Source of the DNA: Piedraia hortae CBS 480.64 | Taxonomy: Eukaryota | Direction: 5' to 3' | NCBI GenBank assembly: GCA_010093745.1 | Contig: MU005961.1 | Location: 62,001-126,000, forward strand | Length of the DNA: 64,000 bases | Shown here: positions 1-12,963 of the stretch, one piece after another | How positions within the stretch are numbered: the stretch's first letter is position 1 | How the letters are laid out: each line of letters begins with the position of its first letter | The notes under the pieces: model-generated | Told to the model about the DNA's origin: nothing | Seen by the model: the letters and a program-made list of their open reading frames with translations, nothing else | The model's database searches: none | Position numbers and translations under genes: made by a program

Positions 1-2
1 TG

Positions 3-3000
3 CATGCGAGCTATGCGGAGGTTGTGGCGGGTGATGTTGTCAGACATTGGCGGGAGAGCGCAGTCTCTGATGAGCTGTTAGATGATCAAGGGTTGAGTGA
101 TTACGTCGAGGATGTCAACGCTTCGTTGATGTTTGCGAGCGCCTTTTGCGATGCATTGCCTGATTTTGAGGAGTTGAAGCTGGCTTTAATGACGTGGGAA
201 AAGCTCAGTGAAAAGCAGATCAGCGACTTGGACAGCCTCGTCTCGCAGCTCAGAGCTCTCAGTGCGTGTCTGGCCGTCAAGGGAGATGAGAGTTTGAGAT
301 TGCGGGTGCTTCGATTGATATCAAGCCTGTGCAAGGGAGATGCTCTAGCATTGTGTGAACTGGCTGGGCAACATCTTGACTGCGGGTATGCGGAGAAGGC
401 GAGCGAGGTACTTGGACAAACTAAAAGGTCCGAGGATGAACTTGTCAATGCAAAAGTGCATCTAGCCCGGGCTCTGTGCCATCTTGAAAGTGGCCACGCC
501 GACAGCGCAGAGAAATCTCTGCAGGAGGCATTCCAACTACTTGAAGGAATTCGCAAGGAGGATAGGAAGACATACGACCTGCTCACCGTCGAAAGCTGGC
601 TTGTACAATCGTTATTGTGCAGAAAAATGGGAAAGCCGTATGATGCCCTCACAGCAGCCAAGAAATCGATGCAAATGATTAACACTCTCTGGGCAGCGAC
701 GGAACGGTCGGAAGGGCAGGTTATACCTCAGCCGCCTACGAAGTCGACGGAAGAAGTGGAAGTCGATCAACTCACGACGGGCGTCAGTAAACTTCAACTG
801 ACGCGGAAGCGTAGCGATCAGAGTGAAAAGGGAGCAGCATTTTGGCCTTTAGTCCCACTACTCTGTCGGACTTTGACTCAACTATCCAGCATGTATTCTT
901 TCCACGGCATTTTCGGCGATGCAGACTACTACCTCCGTCGTGTGGTAGACGTTTGCGAAGCACTGAAAGCGTCTCCATTGTTGCAGAAAGCACTCTGCCA
1001 CCGTGCTCGTCTGCTGACAATTGCGGATGACCTCGAACAGGCGGAAGTTTGTCTGACCAAGATATCTGAGTTGGGTGGTCTGACGGTGGATTATCATTGC
1101 GCAAAAGCCTTTGCTCGGACCAAGGGGGTTGACTCAAGTGAAGCGCTGAAGCTGTATGATGAGGCACTGAAACTGATTGACGAAATGGTCAAGCCGCAGG
1201 TTGCAGCAAGAAAGAAGTCCAAGAAAGCTGTCAAACCAGCTGAACCCATCCTCTTCCACGAAAAACGCATGACCATCAACCTCAACAAAGCCATCATCTC
1301 TTTACATCAAGACCAACCCGTCAACCTCGCCAACCTCCAAACAAGCACAACCTTCCTCGAACGCCGGGCGCACTACCTCCAACTCATGAACCAAGCCACC
1401 ACAGCCATCTCTTCGGACATAACATTCAGCATGCTCCCCGACTCCACCCTATCCATCCCCTCCCTCCCATCCAAAAAACCCACGCAACCCGCTCTAAAAA
1501 CCTACCTCTCCACCCTCCTCTCCGCAAAAAACAACCTGACCACCAACCGCGAAGCATTCCTCCCCCAACTTCCCACCACGGAAATACATACCGTCCATTC
1601 TATGCTCTCCCAAACAACATCCCTCCTCTCCCCCCTCACCCCTGCCTCAGCAGTAACCCTCGCCCTCGAAATCGACCTCCCAAAAATGCACGCCACACAG
1701 TCCACATCGTCACCCTACCTCCCCTTTCCCCCACAAACCCTCCTGTTATCCCTCACTCCCGCTGAATACCAAGAAAGAATCATCAACACCCTCCCCCAAT
1801 CGATATATGCAGTATCCCTAACCCTCTCCCACGATTCTACCGAGCTCTACGCAGTCCGCTATACACCGCACACCGACCCATTTATAATCCGCCTCCCTTT
1901 CTCACGGAGCGACTCTCCCTTCGATTATACGGAGGGGAGGAGGGTGCTGGAGGAGATTATCTCCCGCTCGAACGCGACGTGCCATTCGCAAAAGGGGAAG
2001 GCGAGGACATGGTGGGCTGAGAGGGAGAGGCTGGATAAGAGGCTGGGCGAGTTGGTGAGGGATTTGGAAAATATTTGGATGGGGGGTTTCAAGGGGATTT
2101 TTGATCCGCTCAGGGCGGTAGATGGGTTTAGGGGGGGATTTGAGGCTACGCTGCGCCGCTTCCTGGCGGGAGGGAAGGGAAGACTTCATGATGATGTGTT
2201 GGGGTTGTTCCTCTCCCTTGGGGAAGGCGATGAGGAAGGCATCCTGGATTTATTGTATTTTGTTGTTGACCTCTTTGTGCTGAATGGAGGGAGGGTCGCG
2301 TACGATGAGATCGATTTTGATGGCTGGGGTGCGGAGGTACTGGGGCTGGTTAAACGACAACAGGCTGAGGACGCTGCTGCGGAGCCGAGTAGGGATGCTT
2401 CGCCTCCGGAGCATTTGGTTTTGGTTCTGGATAAAAAGCTGCAGACCTTTCCATGGGAGAACCTCCCGTGTCTGCAAGGGAGGAGTGTTTCCCGCGTGGG
2501 GAGTATGCTTTCCCTACAACGCTGCGTGGCTGCTTTGCGGGAGGTTAGGAAAGATGGAGGGACGTATATTCTCAACCCCGCCGGCGATTTGGGAAATACG
2601 GAGAAAGTCATGCTGCCGCATCTAAAAGCTCTACATGACTGGGGGGCTTTAATTAGGGAGCCGCCGACGGAGGAGGGGCTAGTTGAGGCGCTGACGCGCT
2701 CGGAGATCCTCCTCTACTTCGGGCATGGATCTGCTGCGCAATTTATTCGACCCCGCAGAGTTAGGAGGCTGGAGAAGTGTAGTAGGGTTGTGTGGTTGAT
2801 GGGGTGTTCGTCTGGTTCGACGACGTTGTTTGGAGAGTTGGAACCTTTGCTCGTTCCGGAAGCGTATCTTACTGCGGGTGCACAAGCTGTGGTGGCGACG
2901 CTGTGGGATGTGACAGACAAGGATGTTGATCGGTTTTCGGTTAGGTTGGGGGGAGAGTGGGGACTTTGGGAGGATGGGAGAAAGAGGACTGCAGGGAAAG

Positions 3001-3113
3001 GTGAGATGAGTCTGGTGGAGGCGCTGGCGAAGAGCAGGGATGCGTGTTACTTGAGATATCTCAATGGCGCGGCGCCAGTGGTTTATGGGGTGCCGGTTTG
3101 GTTGGGGGACTGA
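3..3113 (+). CDS. ESP1: Separase/separin (peptidase C50), 5'-truncated by window edge
   Basis: Frame is open from the window start. C-terminal caspase-like domain has WWAERERLD, LVLDKKLQTFPWE, YILNPAGDL, catalytic His in YFGHG, catalytic Cys in LMGCSS, LWDVTDKDVD and YLNGAAPVVYG. Confidence 0.96.
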   Translation, partial: HASYAEVVAGDVVRHWRESAVSDELLDDQGLSDYVEDVNASLMFASAFCDALPDFEELKLALMTWEKLSEKQISDLDSLVSQLRALSACLAVKGDESLRLRVLRLISSLCKGDALALCELAGQHLDCGYAEKASEVLGQTKRSEDELVNAKVHLARALCHLESGHADSAEKSLQEAFQLLEGIRKEDRKTYDLLTVESWLVQSLLCRKMGKPYDALTAAKKSMQMINTLWAATERSEGQVIPQPPTKSTEEVEVDQLTTGVSKLQLTRKRSDQSEKGAAFWPLVPLLCRTLTQLSSMYSFHGIFGDADYYLRRVVDVCEALKASPLLQKALCHRARLLTIADDLEQAEVCLTKISELGGLTVDYHCAKAFARTKGVDSSEALKLYDEALKLIDEMVKPQVAARKKSKKAVKPAEPILFHEKRMTINLNKAIISLHQDQPVNLANLQTSTTFLERRAHYLQLMNQATTAISSDITFSMLPDSTLSIPSLPSKKPTQPALKTYLSTLLSAKNNLTTNREAFLPQLPTTEIHTVHSMLSQTTSLLSPLTPASAVTLALEIDLPKMHATQSTSSPYLPFPPQTLLLSLTPAEYQERIINTLPQSIYAVSLTLSHDSTELYAVRYTPHTDPFIIRLPFSRSDSPFDYTEGRRVLEEIISRSNATCHSQKGKARTWWAERERLDKRLGELVRDLENIWMGGFKGIFDPLRAVDGFRGGFEATLRRFLAGGKGRLHDDVLGLFLSLGEGDEEGILDLLYFVVDLFVLNGGRVAYDEIDFDGWGAEVLGLVKRQQAEDAAAEPSRDASPPEHLVLVLDKKLQTFPWENLPCLQGRSVSRVGSMLSLQRCVAALREVRKDGGTYILNPAGDLGNTEKVMLPHLKALHDWGALIREPPTEEGLVEALTRSEILLYFGHGSAAQFIRPRRVRRLEKCSRVVWLMGCSSGSTTLFGELEPLLVPEAYLTAGAQAVVATLWDVTDKDVDRFSVRLGGEWGLWEDGRKRTAGKGEMSLVEALAKSRDACYLRYLNGAAPVVYGVPVWLGD

Positions 3114-4929
3114 TCCCCCGGGGGGTGTTAATTGGACTGATGTTAGCGTGGAGTTCAGTGTGTCATTGGTTATTGTGTCTAGCATACCATGGGATTTGTT
3201 GACAGCACTCGTTTTTTCAAGAGCCACAGGTAGCTCTTTCATGCACGGTCACACAATCACGTCGAAAATAACCTGCGCCTGCGAACGGTTAGGGAACTCT
3301 ACGATGAAGCTTCAAGAAAGTGGACCAGTCCACCCACCGCTTCGTGCCTCGTTCATCCCCTGCTCTCCTTGCAATGTCAGCGATGAGACCGAGTCGTTCT
3401 TGTAAAGCCATAAAATCCAGGGAGGTGAAGCAACGATCTGCAAGAGCTTCACAGGATGTCTGCCTCGGCGAAGGTAATAGAAAAAATAGCTGGCATCTAA
3501 CGACGTGGACGTCAGAATTCGGCACTAACATCCCAGCGCGTCGAACAGTTCGACTTCAACCCCATAGAACACTCCCGCATCGAGTGAAATAAGCTTTCCA
3601 TTCACTAAGGCCAGACACACCCATGCCCCGGAAGCAAAGCCATACGACTATTTCGGAAGAAATTGGGCGTTTGGACTCCAGTGCCAGTGATAATCTGCAG
3701 TGTCGTGAAAACCTCCCGTTTCAAATCTACACCGGATCGCCTTTACAGAGGGCAGAATTTGTACTCAAGAAGTGCTCCTATGCGCTGTCCGAGAGCAAGA
3801 TACCGGATGAAGTGGAGGCTGAAGGTGCGCTGGTCGCATACTGTGGAGTTTCACGATCAGTTATGGGGCGAGAAAGTCGCACCGAGTTCGTTGGATGTGT
3901 TGATCGCCCGTCATGATCCTGTCATTGAAACGGTCTGGGATTTCAGCGACTTTGATCGGTGGTCTAAGTCCACTTTATTGACAATCTACTCACATCAGAT
4001 AAAATGCAAGTACTCTCCATCTCACCGCGTCAATATCTCTAACCTTACGATCACAGCTTGTCAGTCATGTCCGTTGGGCGATTATGCCTTGATTTCGCTC
4101 CGCAGCCGGCCTATATTTTCATCATTGAGATCTCATCGCGTCTTTCTCGCCTTCCCTCATAGTTAGAACGTTACTCTGAGAACTGCGCAAAGCTGTCTCC
4201 CGCATGAATGTGGTTGTTTGCCGTGGACCTTGGGCTGGGGAGTGCCTTTGGGGGTAAACCCGAGCAGGCTTCATTCTTCGGCTGAGTTTTTCAGTTTGAA
4301 ATGGGCGTTCGTGTTGAATTGGATCTCGCGTCTTCTGCAGAGGGGCGAGTCCGCGGGTTTTATCTTGTGTAGGTAACGGATTGCGCTCTGGATTAGCATA
4401 GAGATAGCATCAGTGGGGCATTGGGATGGAAAGAGGTATGGCAAGGGAATTTAGATAGACTTGAAGACCGCTACAACAGATCTACGAATGGAGTGATTAA
4501 CACATCTAAGAAAAGATTCGCACGAATGCGATTGCTCTTTGCTCTGCGAGTCTTGATAGCTCTGCATTTTGTCTCTTTACTGCTTGCCATAAGTTGTACT
4601 GTACTGAAAGGGCTAGGAAACGTGCCGCTTTTTGTGAACCTGATGGATGTGAACCAAACTAACAGTAAACAAAGATCTCACGAGGGAAAAGTTCTCCAGC
4701 CAATTCCGCAGGTGAATCAGCATTACTGTACGCTGAGGAAAACTTTGGTTAAGCTTTGTGTACGCACTCTCAACCCGCCACATCACTTTCGAAGACTCAC
4801 AACCGCAACTCGCCATATTTGCATAGAGAGATTTACGATAATACCAAGTATGGAACCAATCACAAATTCTAATTCACAATACTTCTACATCCACGCGTGA
4901 AGCTGTTGCCCTATGCAAGATCTCATTCG

Positions 4930-5150
4930 TAGGTGTGTGGTACCACTCGACTTTTCCCACGCTCCAATACGCCTCAACAGGAACTTCTTTGCAAGTGATC
5001 CCCAGTAGCTTTGCTTCCCGTCGAAATTCGAGCGAGGAGAAATTTGGTCCCAGCATCGTATGACGTTGTTAGGGCCTTGATATGTATCTATCCATGGATA
5101 CCATAGCGCTTGCCAGGTGTCATGGGATGATATGGTCTTGATGGATCTCC
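4930..5150 (-). mobile_element. Degenerate LTR-retrotransposon integrase core fragment (Ty1/copia-like)
   Basis: Frameshifted pieces read TWQALWYPWIDTYQGP..DAG.NFSSLEFRREAKLLGITCKEVPVEAYWSVGKVEWYHTP, matching the rve core pattern of fungal polyproteins (W.D.Y.GP..I.HDAG.NF...EF...A...GI....P.EAH.S.G.VERYH.P). No LTRs were seen. Confidence 0.75.
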
Positions 5151-7912
5151 GCGGGTGTCCTTGTGGTGGCATGGTCCATGACGAACTTCAACCCCACAGG
5201 ACCGAGAGCGAGGCTTTCATATGCCTCGTGGTGCAGGCAATGGTGCAGACGAAGCTGAAACCTCCGCTCATGAAGGCTGCATGCGCTTCTCACTACGGCA
5301 ATGATACCGCGTCATGGTTCTTCGCACTCGATCTCTTTTTCGCGGCGCCTGTTGCATTCGCATAATTTCGTGCATAACGCAGACAATAGTAGATGAGACT
5401 GTTCTGATCGAACCTTTGCAAAACGAAATCCGCCTCGATGCCGTGTCTCATTGTTCAGCTCGCCTATGGCTTTATTGAGTAGCGTGTTGTCGAGATTTCC
5501 ATCAACACTAACGGGCAGATCGTCGCTGAAGGAGACAGGGAGGCGGTCCAGATTGAAAACGCCTTCTGTTAAAATATTATGGGGACTGCCCCGGGATTCC
5601 GTCAGGCCTGGCAGGAATGATGTCGTGGCGACGCAGGGTATCTACTCTGCTTGTTTGACAAACAAACAGAGACAAAGTTTGTCTGTTCTTCCGGGTTTCC
5701 CTATATAGGTGGATAGCCCCTCAGAATGCAATCTACGGTTCCTACCTCACGTTTTATCACCTTCGACTCTCAGTTCTTCACTCTGACCCTGCGAATGTGT
5801 AAGCCAAACTGAGTTACGCCTGTCACAGGAAAAGCGACTTACGCGAACGTTCCAAGACTCGATGGCCGACAAAAACGCCTCCCAGTCATTGTACTGCTGG
5901 ATATTACTGACAGCGAGCAGTTTTTTTGTGCGCCATGCAGAACTTTTCGTGCTTAGAACAGAAGTGATATTTTCCGCTGGCCGCCGTCACAGCCGTCTTC
6001 GGGCGATAACTGCCTTTGCGCGCAATCCTGCATTGCTCTCACGCTGTGTTCTCCTGCCTCTGGGCGAAGCTCTTGTTCCATTACACATGCCAGGCTCAAG
6101 TCTCTATCATCCACTTGGCTGCCGCGGGCTGCCCTTCTTTCGTGTCCTAATTGAAGTGTGACTGTACGAGACTGGACTTCTGTCGTTGTCGCACTAAGGA
6201 GTGGGGATTCTTCATGTCACCAACCGAGACAGTTGCGATCATTTCGGCTCTACCGTCCATCTGGTTTCCGTACATGAGGGGTACATGCCTTGCATCTCGC
6301 CCACGCTCTCTCGTGTTAGTCGTAGCTGCCCGCTCGTGGCTGAGAAGCTGAGCCTGGTTGGCGGAAGGCCGCCCACACTCTCGTCCTCATACTTTGGCGT
6401 TGCCAGGCGCAGAATGCGCCCCTCCCGGATCGTGGCAGAGACATCCTGACCCCTTCTCACCACGTGCTTGATATTGTTGTATTCCTGGAAGTATCCCAAG
6501 GACACGACGTCCGTTCCGCGGCTGTAGGTGGCCCTGATGGTTTCTACCGTGTGCCGGAGGAATCAGTGAACCAAAGTTGCCGTAAGGGGGGGGAAGGGTC
6601 TGGCGAAAGTACGTCAAACTTTTGCTGTCCCCGTACTCAGCCATCAGCTATGATCGATCAGCCAGCAGGGCCCTGTCCACGCCGCTTTGGTTGCGGCAAG
6701 GGACGTTGGCCGCAATGGCAAAAGAGAACGTGCCAACTTGATACGAGATGCATCGGGCGTCGAGATGCGCAACCAGCTTCCGTAAACCCGGGCCTGTTTG
6801 GATGAAGTGAGCGTAGTCTATGTCCTTACCAAGAATGAGCTTAATTTCTATGTTAGGTACTACGGGAATAGGAACCTCACTGCATAGTTTCCCTGAAGGT
6901 CCTCGGTCTTCCAGGTATTTACTCCTGGCTGCGAGAGCCCTCGACAGTTTCGGCTCACGAAAGGTTGGGTAATGCACATGAGGCGATGAGCGACCATATT
7001 CGACAGAAGGCTGGAGTGTTGTCTATTCTGGAGTCCTCTTGCTTGGAGGATACCTGACACCTTGTGCTACATTCACCACCTTTGGGCGTTCAAGAATGTA
7101 AAGGACCCGTTGAACGGTAGACTCGAACGTCCTCTTGGACGCCCAGCACACTGTCGTCTAGTCAACCAAATTTTCGGTCATACCTGGTATTCTCCCTACA
7201 CTTCCATGATGCACCTCGCGTTGACAGCTTCTAAAATATGCCAAATCAATTTGCGAAGTTTAAATCGATGCAATTGTTATGTTCTAGTAGCACGTGTTAT
7301 TTCGAGTTCATTGCGCCTTAAAAGCTCGTTGTAGGAGGAACCTGGAATTGTTTCCAGGATACTGCACCGATAACACGTCATACACAGATGGCCAACTCCC
7401 AATGATTTGGATCCAAGGCGCAGCCAAATAGCAAGGATATTGTGGCAAAATGCCAGACTACCCGAAGTGCTGATTACAATAACGTTGACTACTCTCGTTG
7501 GTTCGTTGGTTCGTTTGGACGTTCGTTGAACTGGCGATACACTGTACTATTCCTACCGATTTATTAGGTTCGCAGCAATGGCAACAAAACTTTCACTCGT
7601 TGCCAACACTTGGTGCCAATTTTGAGTTTCCTGTTTAGAGTTGAAGGCAGGCGCAAGGAAGCACCAGTATGACGCTTCTGGCGTCGGGTACGAACTGCAT
7701 TGCTTTGTGATTGGATGAGCTCTTCAGCCTGAATCGAAATCCCGAGAGAAAGATGTGGAAGCATGATATGTCTGTTGGTTTCCTTCGTTCATTTTTCCAC
7801 GAGGCCAATGGGGGTTCAGCAATTTAGGTCTTGTTGCCTTGGCTGCTCTGCAATGTTGATTCGATGACGCCTGAATCCATGCAAGAAGCCAACCAGGGAT
7901 GGTAAAGTCGTT

Positions 7913-9126
7913 GTGGCTGGATGGTATTCCACCTGGTATAAAGTCACCGAGAGTTGTACCATTCCGCTCATCACCAAGGTAGTAAGCGAGCTTGATTTCA
8001 TGATGGACATTAATCAATTCTACAGAAATCCCGATACGGCAACGGTCAGAAGACCTTTCAAGTGTCCTAACCTGGGCCCTATGCTGGTCATGCATGAGCA
8101 CCATATGCTATTGTCCCAGACGCTTTAAGGCATGGGATATCCCGACCTGCAGAGTGACATTCTCCAGGCCGAGGGCGGGAAATGCTTGTTTGACATGATG
8201 CTCAACGACAGGTTGAAAAGGCAAGGTTTGTCGGGCCAAGACAGTCCAATCTACATGATATCGTGAAACTAGCCTTCATCAACAGTTCCCTGAACAACTG
8301 GAATAAGGCCATTCAGTGGTTCGAAAAGGCCCTTACCCTTCTACGTAAATATGATAATACTGACCCTCAATCACTTGTTGAAGCAACCCACCACCTCAGC
8401 CGCGCCCAACTATCATTGAACATGCTTACCGAAGCCGTGAAAGTGTTCGAAACCACCCTAAGATCCTTCGAGACGCACCATGGATTCCTAAACCTACTGA
8501 CCCTATCCATTGCTAACCGTCTCGGCTACCTTTACCACACCGTCGGACACACACACGACCGAGCCGAATCCATGTACAAACGCACCCTCAACGGCTTCGA
8601 TCAGCACAACAACCACCGCGGCATCTTAAAATCCTGCCAGCACTTAGACCACTTCTACCTTGACCAAAACAAACTCTCAGACGCATCAAACATGTTTTCC
8701 AGAGCCCTGAACCTCTACCGACAACTCCGAATGCCCCAGACCACCTCATCTTTGCTCTACGTCACATTCGACTACGGAGTCGTCAAACACCTCCTAGGTC
8801 AGGTCATCTTCGCGGAGCGCTTGATGTTTTTTGCGCATGACGCTTTTTAGTCGAAATTCGGCGCTCAGTACTTGGTCCCAGCGGTCGTGGCGGATTATAT
8901 TGGGGATTTTTGTTGTACGCAGGGGAGGTTCTATAACGCGTCACATTGGGCTCATAAAGCTTTGGCGGGATATGAGCACGTCTTGGAACAGAGCCATTAT
9001 GCTACTAAAGCTACGCTTGAGAAGTTAGAGCATCTTGTAGTTTGCTGTGTATTGAGCCCTTTACAAGGGACTCGAGTCAGTGAGGATTGGGTGGGCAGAT
9101 GGAGGCGTGGTATTTGTTGGGTCTAG
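7913..9126 (+). pseudogene. TPR-repeat protein (kinesin-light-chain / fungal NLR-type TPRs), disrupted
   Basis: Repeats such as LTLSIANRLGYLYHTVG..DRAESMYKRTLNG and QGRFYNASHWAHKALAGYEHVL. Stop at 8126-8128, frameshift near 8250, and an in-frame TAG at 8848-8850 joining ORFs 8263..8850 and 8872..9126. Confidence 0.7.
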
Positions 9127-10825
9127 GAGATTGGAAGTAAAGGTCATTGAGGATTAGTTTACAGTTTGGTTTTGGGGTCTTTTTGTTGCAGTTCGGATAC
9201 TGTCATAAGAGCGCATCGAATAATTTAGCAAAGTAAATGACTATCTCGTGATCATTTGGGTCAATATTAGTCCAACATCACAGCCAGCCCCGCATCATAT
9301 CCCCAGCATATTCTCAACATAAGACGAAGATATGATCGCCCAAATAATATCATTATCATATGTTGTCTAAAATTCACGCGATATGATGAACATACCATCA
9401 TTGGAAGATGAAGGGCATTGGTTTTGGGCATGAGAGGAGGGTTAAGTAGAGGGTGCAGGCGCAAGTTACGCGTTACAGCAGTTGAAAAACCGATCTCTGT
9501 TGTGGAAATCCCTTATTACGTCACATTAGATGATATAACCATCATATGCTGTTAAGAGTCCACGCGATATCACGAACGTATATCTAAGGAAAGGATATAA
9601 AATTGATATTGAGCATGAAATCAACGGTGCACACCTGCTACACAAGCCATGGGCACTTTTTCAAAACGATTTCTGGTGAGAATATCCACCAAAACGGGAC
9701 AAAGCAAACGCAACCAGCTGTACTAGCAGAAAGGGCTCGAAGCCGACTCTGAAAAGGAGGATTTTGTGGAAGAAGATTGCCCAGCGGAAAACTCTGACGA
9801 CGAGAGAGGGCTAGCTCCCACGAGCACCAACGGTGCAGAAAGACCCTCTGCGATTGGGGCTTTCTGAGGGTGCAAACTGGTGATATAGGGCAGTTCTTCA
9901 TTCTCGGTTTGAAGATTGCCCTAAGTTTCACTGCAATGGAAAGTCGACAACAGTCAGTTTAAATACTATTGCTTCCTCGAAGACACGCACAACGCGTGCA
10001 GCTCGTTAAAATACGAGCAGAAGTAAGTGTCGCCATCATAAGAGCTATTTAAGCTTACTAACATATGCCAAGAAGTATCCTGCAGACGTACACGCCCAAA
10101 CCCCTGGCAACTTGCAGGAAGTCGCAACCACCCAAGCAAGTTACAGCGAGTTGTTACCTTAGGCCTGGTTGGGGTGGGTAGGGCTCAATTCCAGGCGACC
10201 GGGTTTTGTTCAGACTTGCATGAGCTCCTACATCATCCTGAGGGCCTGTCATGCTTCTTTGGGCTTATTCGGATAGCTAAAATTCGATCGATACCAAAAT
10301 CTTATTCATTCGCAGCAATTTAGATTTCGGCAACTTGTTGCCATTTTTTTACAGTCACAACTTGCTACGACAAAATGTGCCATTTGCTGCAAGTTGCAGT
10401 AGGGTTGGCCATGTATGTGGCAGCATTTGGGTGGTCGGACTCGACGGACCGCTCTGGGACTGGACGCGAACAAGGGAATGGTCTTTGCAAATCGATTATC
10501 TAGACTATATAGTAGCGTATCCTGAATGTTGCAAACAGTATTATGAAGACCCGAAATCTGATGCTCAATAGCTCCATCATGACCTAACCTACATTTTCAT
10601 CAGGATATGTTATATGATATGGTTGAGTTATGATTTGTGATGTGTTCCAGATATAATATACTTGCGGAGAAGATACGACACCTCTCATATCAACGACCAT
10701 GTTATATTACCCTGGAAGTTTATATCACATCGTATGATAAGGGGTTGGTGGTGCACAAGTAATTATGGCCCTTTACAAGTAGTTAGGATGGAATACATTG
10801 ATCGTGTGGTGGAATTAAAGGATAT

Positions 10826-11983
10826 CTACACATCCTTACATAACAATTCCGCGGATTTGTTGAAATATCCCTGAAATTCCTCTTTCAGAAATACATCTGG
10901 GATGTCAGGGATGCAGTTAAGGACATCCCGAAGCATCTTGAGATGGTCCGGCGCCCAATAGCGGTAAACATTCTTTACCACAGTAGGTGAGGACCATCTC
11001 CCGATGATTCCGATCTGTGTCATTTCTTCACTCGCACCGAGTTTGCGACCAAAGATCATATGGCTATGAACCGTCCAGGATCCATTGGAAAGCACTGGAT
11101 AATGCCCAGTGATAGAGACCTAAGAAGCATCGTGTGCAATCGAGAATGCGAGAATCTTCCGGTGCAACGTTTCTTCTTCGCCTAGGAGCCTGAACAGGTT
11201 GACCACGCCAAAGACTGCGATGCCCATACTATGAGCATTTTGGCATCGGGCAGCACGAATGGATCCCCCGCTGCCCTTGACCTCGCAGGCCAGGAATGGA
11301 AATAACATTCCGTCTCTGGCCTTGAAGGGTGATATGCATCCCACTCCGAGGAACGGCCAAATTCTCTGGATCCGTTGCGGTGTGAGAGCGGTTTTCTTAA
11401 ATCCAACTGCATAGTCGGGCTGAGGTCGAATGTTGGTCAGCTTGCGGCAACGGTCCCAGCCCTGATTGGTTGACTCCTTTAAAAATTCATACTCCTGTTC
11501 AAGAGCAAATGTTGCCAGTGATTCCGCCGATGGGACGAGAAGTTGAGTAATATCCCGAAACACTCTCATCTCATTGGCATCCACCAGCTTATGTAGTGTC
11601 ATTTTGTAAAACCGATTGTCAAACAAAGAGACCGATGGCAAATCCACGGGGGTTGAATTTAGATTTTGGCAAAGCCTAGCACTCGGCTGGTCGATATCCA
11701 ACACGTGCTCCATTATAGGGCTGCCCCTCATTGCCAAAGTCGATGCATAAGCGGGATCACCATAATACGCATTAACATATTGTATTGTATCCTCCAACAT
11801 TGACGTTGCCTTCAAACTTGGTATCTTGTTCCTAAGTCCGCGGCCCAAAAGTGAGGAGCTAGTTTGAGAGGAGCTGACTTGTAAGGCGCTGGCTGGTGCG
11901 CCAGTGGAGATAGTCGAGGGCACTGTAGAGGTGCGGCACGGCCTTGCTTGCAACTCCACTGCGACGTCTCTGTCAATCATCAT
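10826..11983 (-). pseudogene. Fungal uncharacterised family (DUF7924-like, putative PD-(D/E)xK fold) with one in-frame stop
   Basis: Motifs NEMRVFRDITQLLVPSAE, RPQPDYAVGF, FPFLACEVK, QNAHSM, ILAFSIAHD*VSITGHYPV and KNVYRYWAPDHLK. ORFs 11120..11983 and 10826..11095 share a frame, split by TAG at 11120-11122. Confidence 0.75.
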
Positions 11984-12963
11984 GAGCTTTAGGAGGCAGC
12001 AAATTTGGAAGGCTGAGTTGAAGGGAGAAGTTTATACTATCTACAGCCTGATATACATGTTCATCAACGAAAAAGTATCTTGGGATCGGTTTGGCGGTTC
12101 GGCATCTATTTGCAGTTAAACAGCGTTGAAAGGGATGGAGCAGCGCGCTTAGCATTGTCACGCGTCAGCAGGAGGCGCTTACCGCCGTAAATCACTGCAG
12201 CCTTGTATCATGCGGTCATGTGCCGACTCCTGATTGAAAACGAGCTCAGACATTACCTGAAGCCTCACCGACAACACTCTCGTCACACCTTCAAAAACAC
12301 ATCACCGTACACATGTACACACATTCACACACTGTTCTATGCTTTTCCACCTGCACCGAGAATTACAAGTTTCAAAGCCTCTTGAAATTACGCACCCAGC
12401 TTGCAATATGAGGATTTGCAAAAGCGTCGAGTAGAAGCGGATTTGAAACTTTGCGAGATACGGAAGACTTCGTCATCCATCTTTCTCGGTGATAATGGAA
12501 ATCATGATCGAAACTGGTCGCAACCGCAAAGGATACACGAGTCTGCATCGCTCTTGAGACGCGCTGTAGAATTTCAATGCAGCTAAAGTATCTACGTATG
12601 CCTATAGTATACTGGTTTTCCACCCTACGAGAGCCCTGAAGGCGAATAGTGAATCATAGAACAGACACACCATCTACTGTAAGTCCCTCAGGCATGCGGT
12701 ACGGTAGGCGTCCTGAAGCTTTATCACTTTATGGACTTATATGTGTCGCACTAGGGCTCCGCAATTTTGCATACGTCAGCGGCACTGATTTTGCACAATC
12801 GCATGTCTTTTCCGTGGCCCAAGGCTGGCTCATCTCCCATTGCCCACTTGCAACTACCCACCCGGTTATGTATACTCTATAGTCATGACCTTGATCTAAG
12901 GTATGCGCCATAACTTGCACAACACAGTGGATTACACAGAAGATAGATGTACAATTAGAGCTG

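Noticed and set aside
4421..4900. 159-aa plus-strand ORF with a hydrophobic segment
   Set aside because: Non-ATG start, no recognisable motif, and located among degraded relics.
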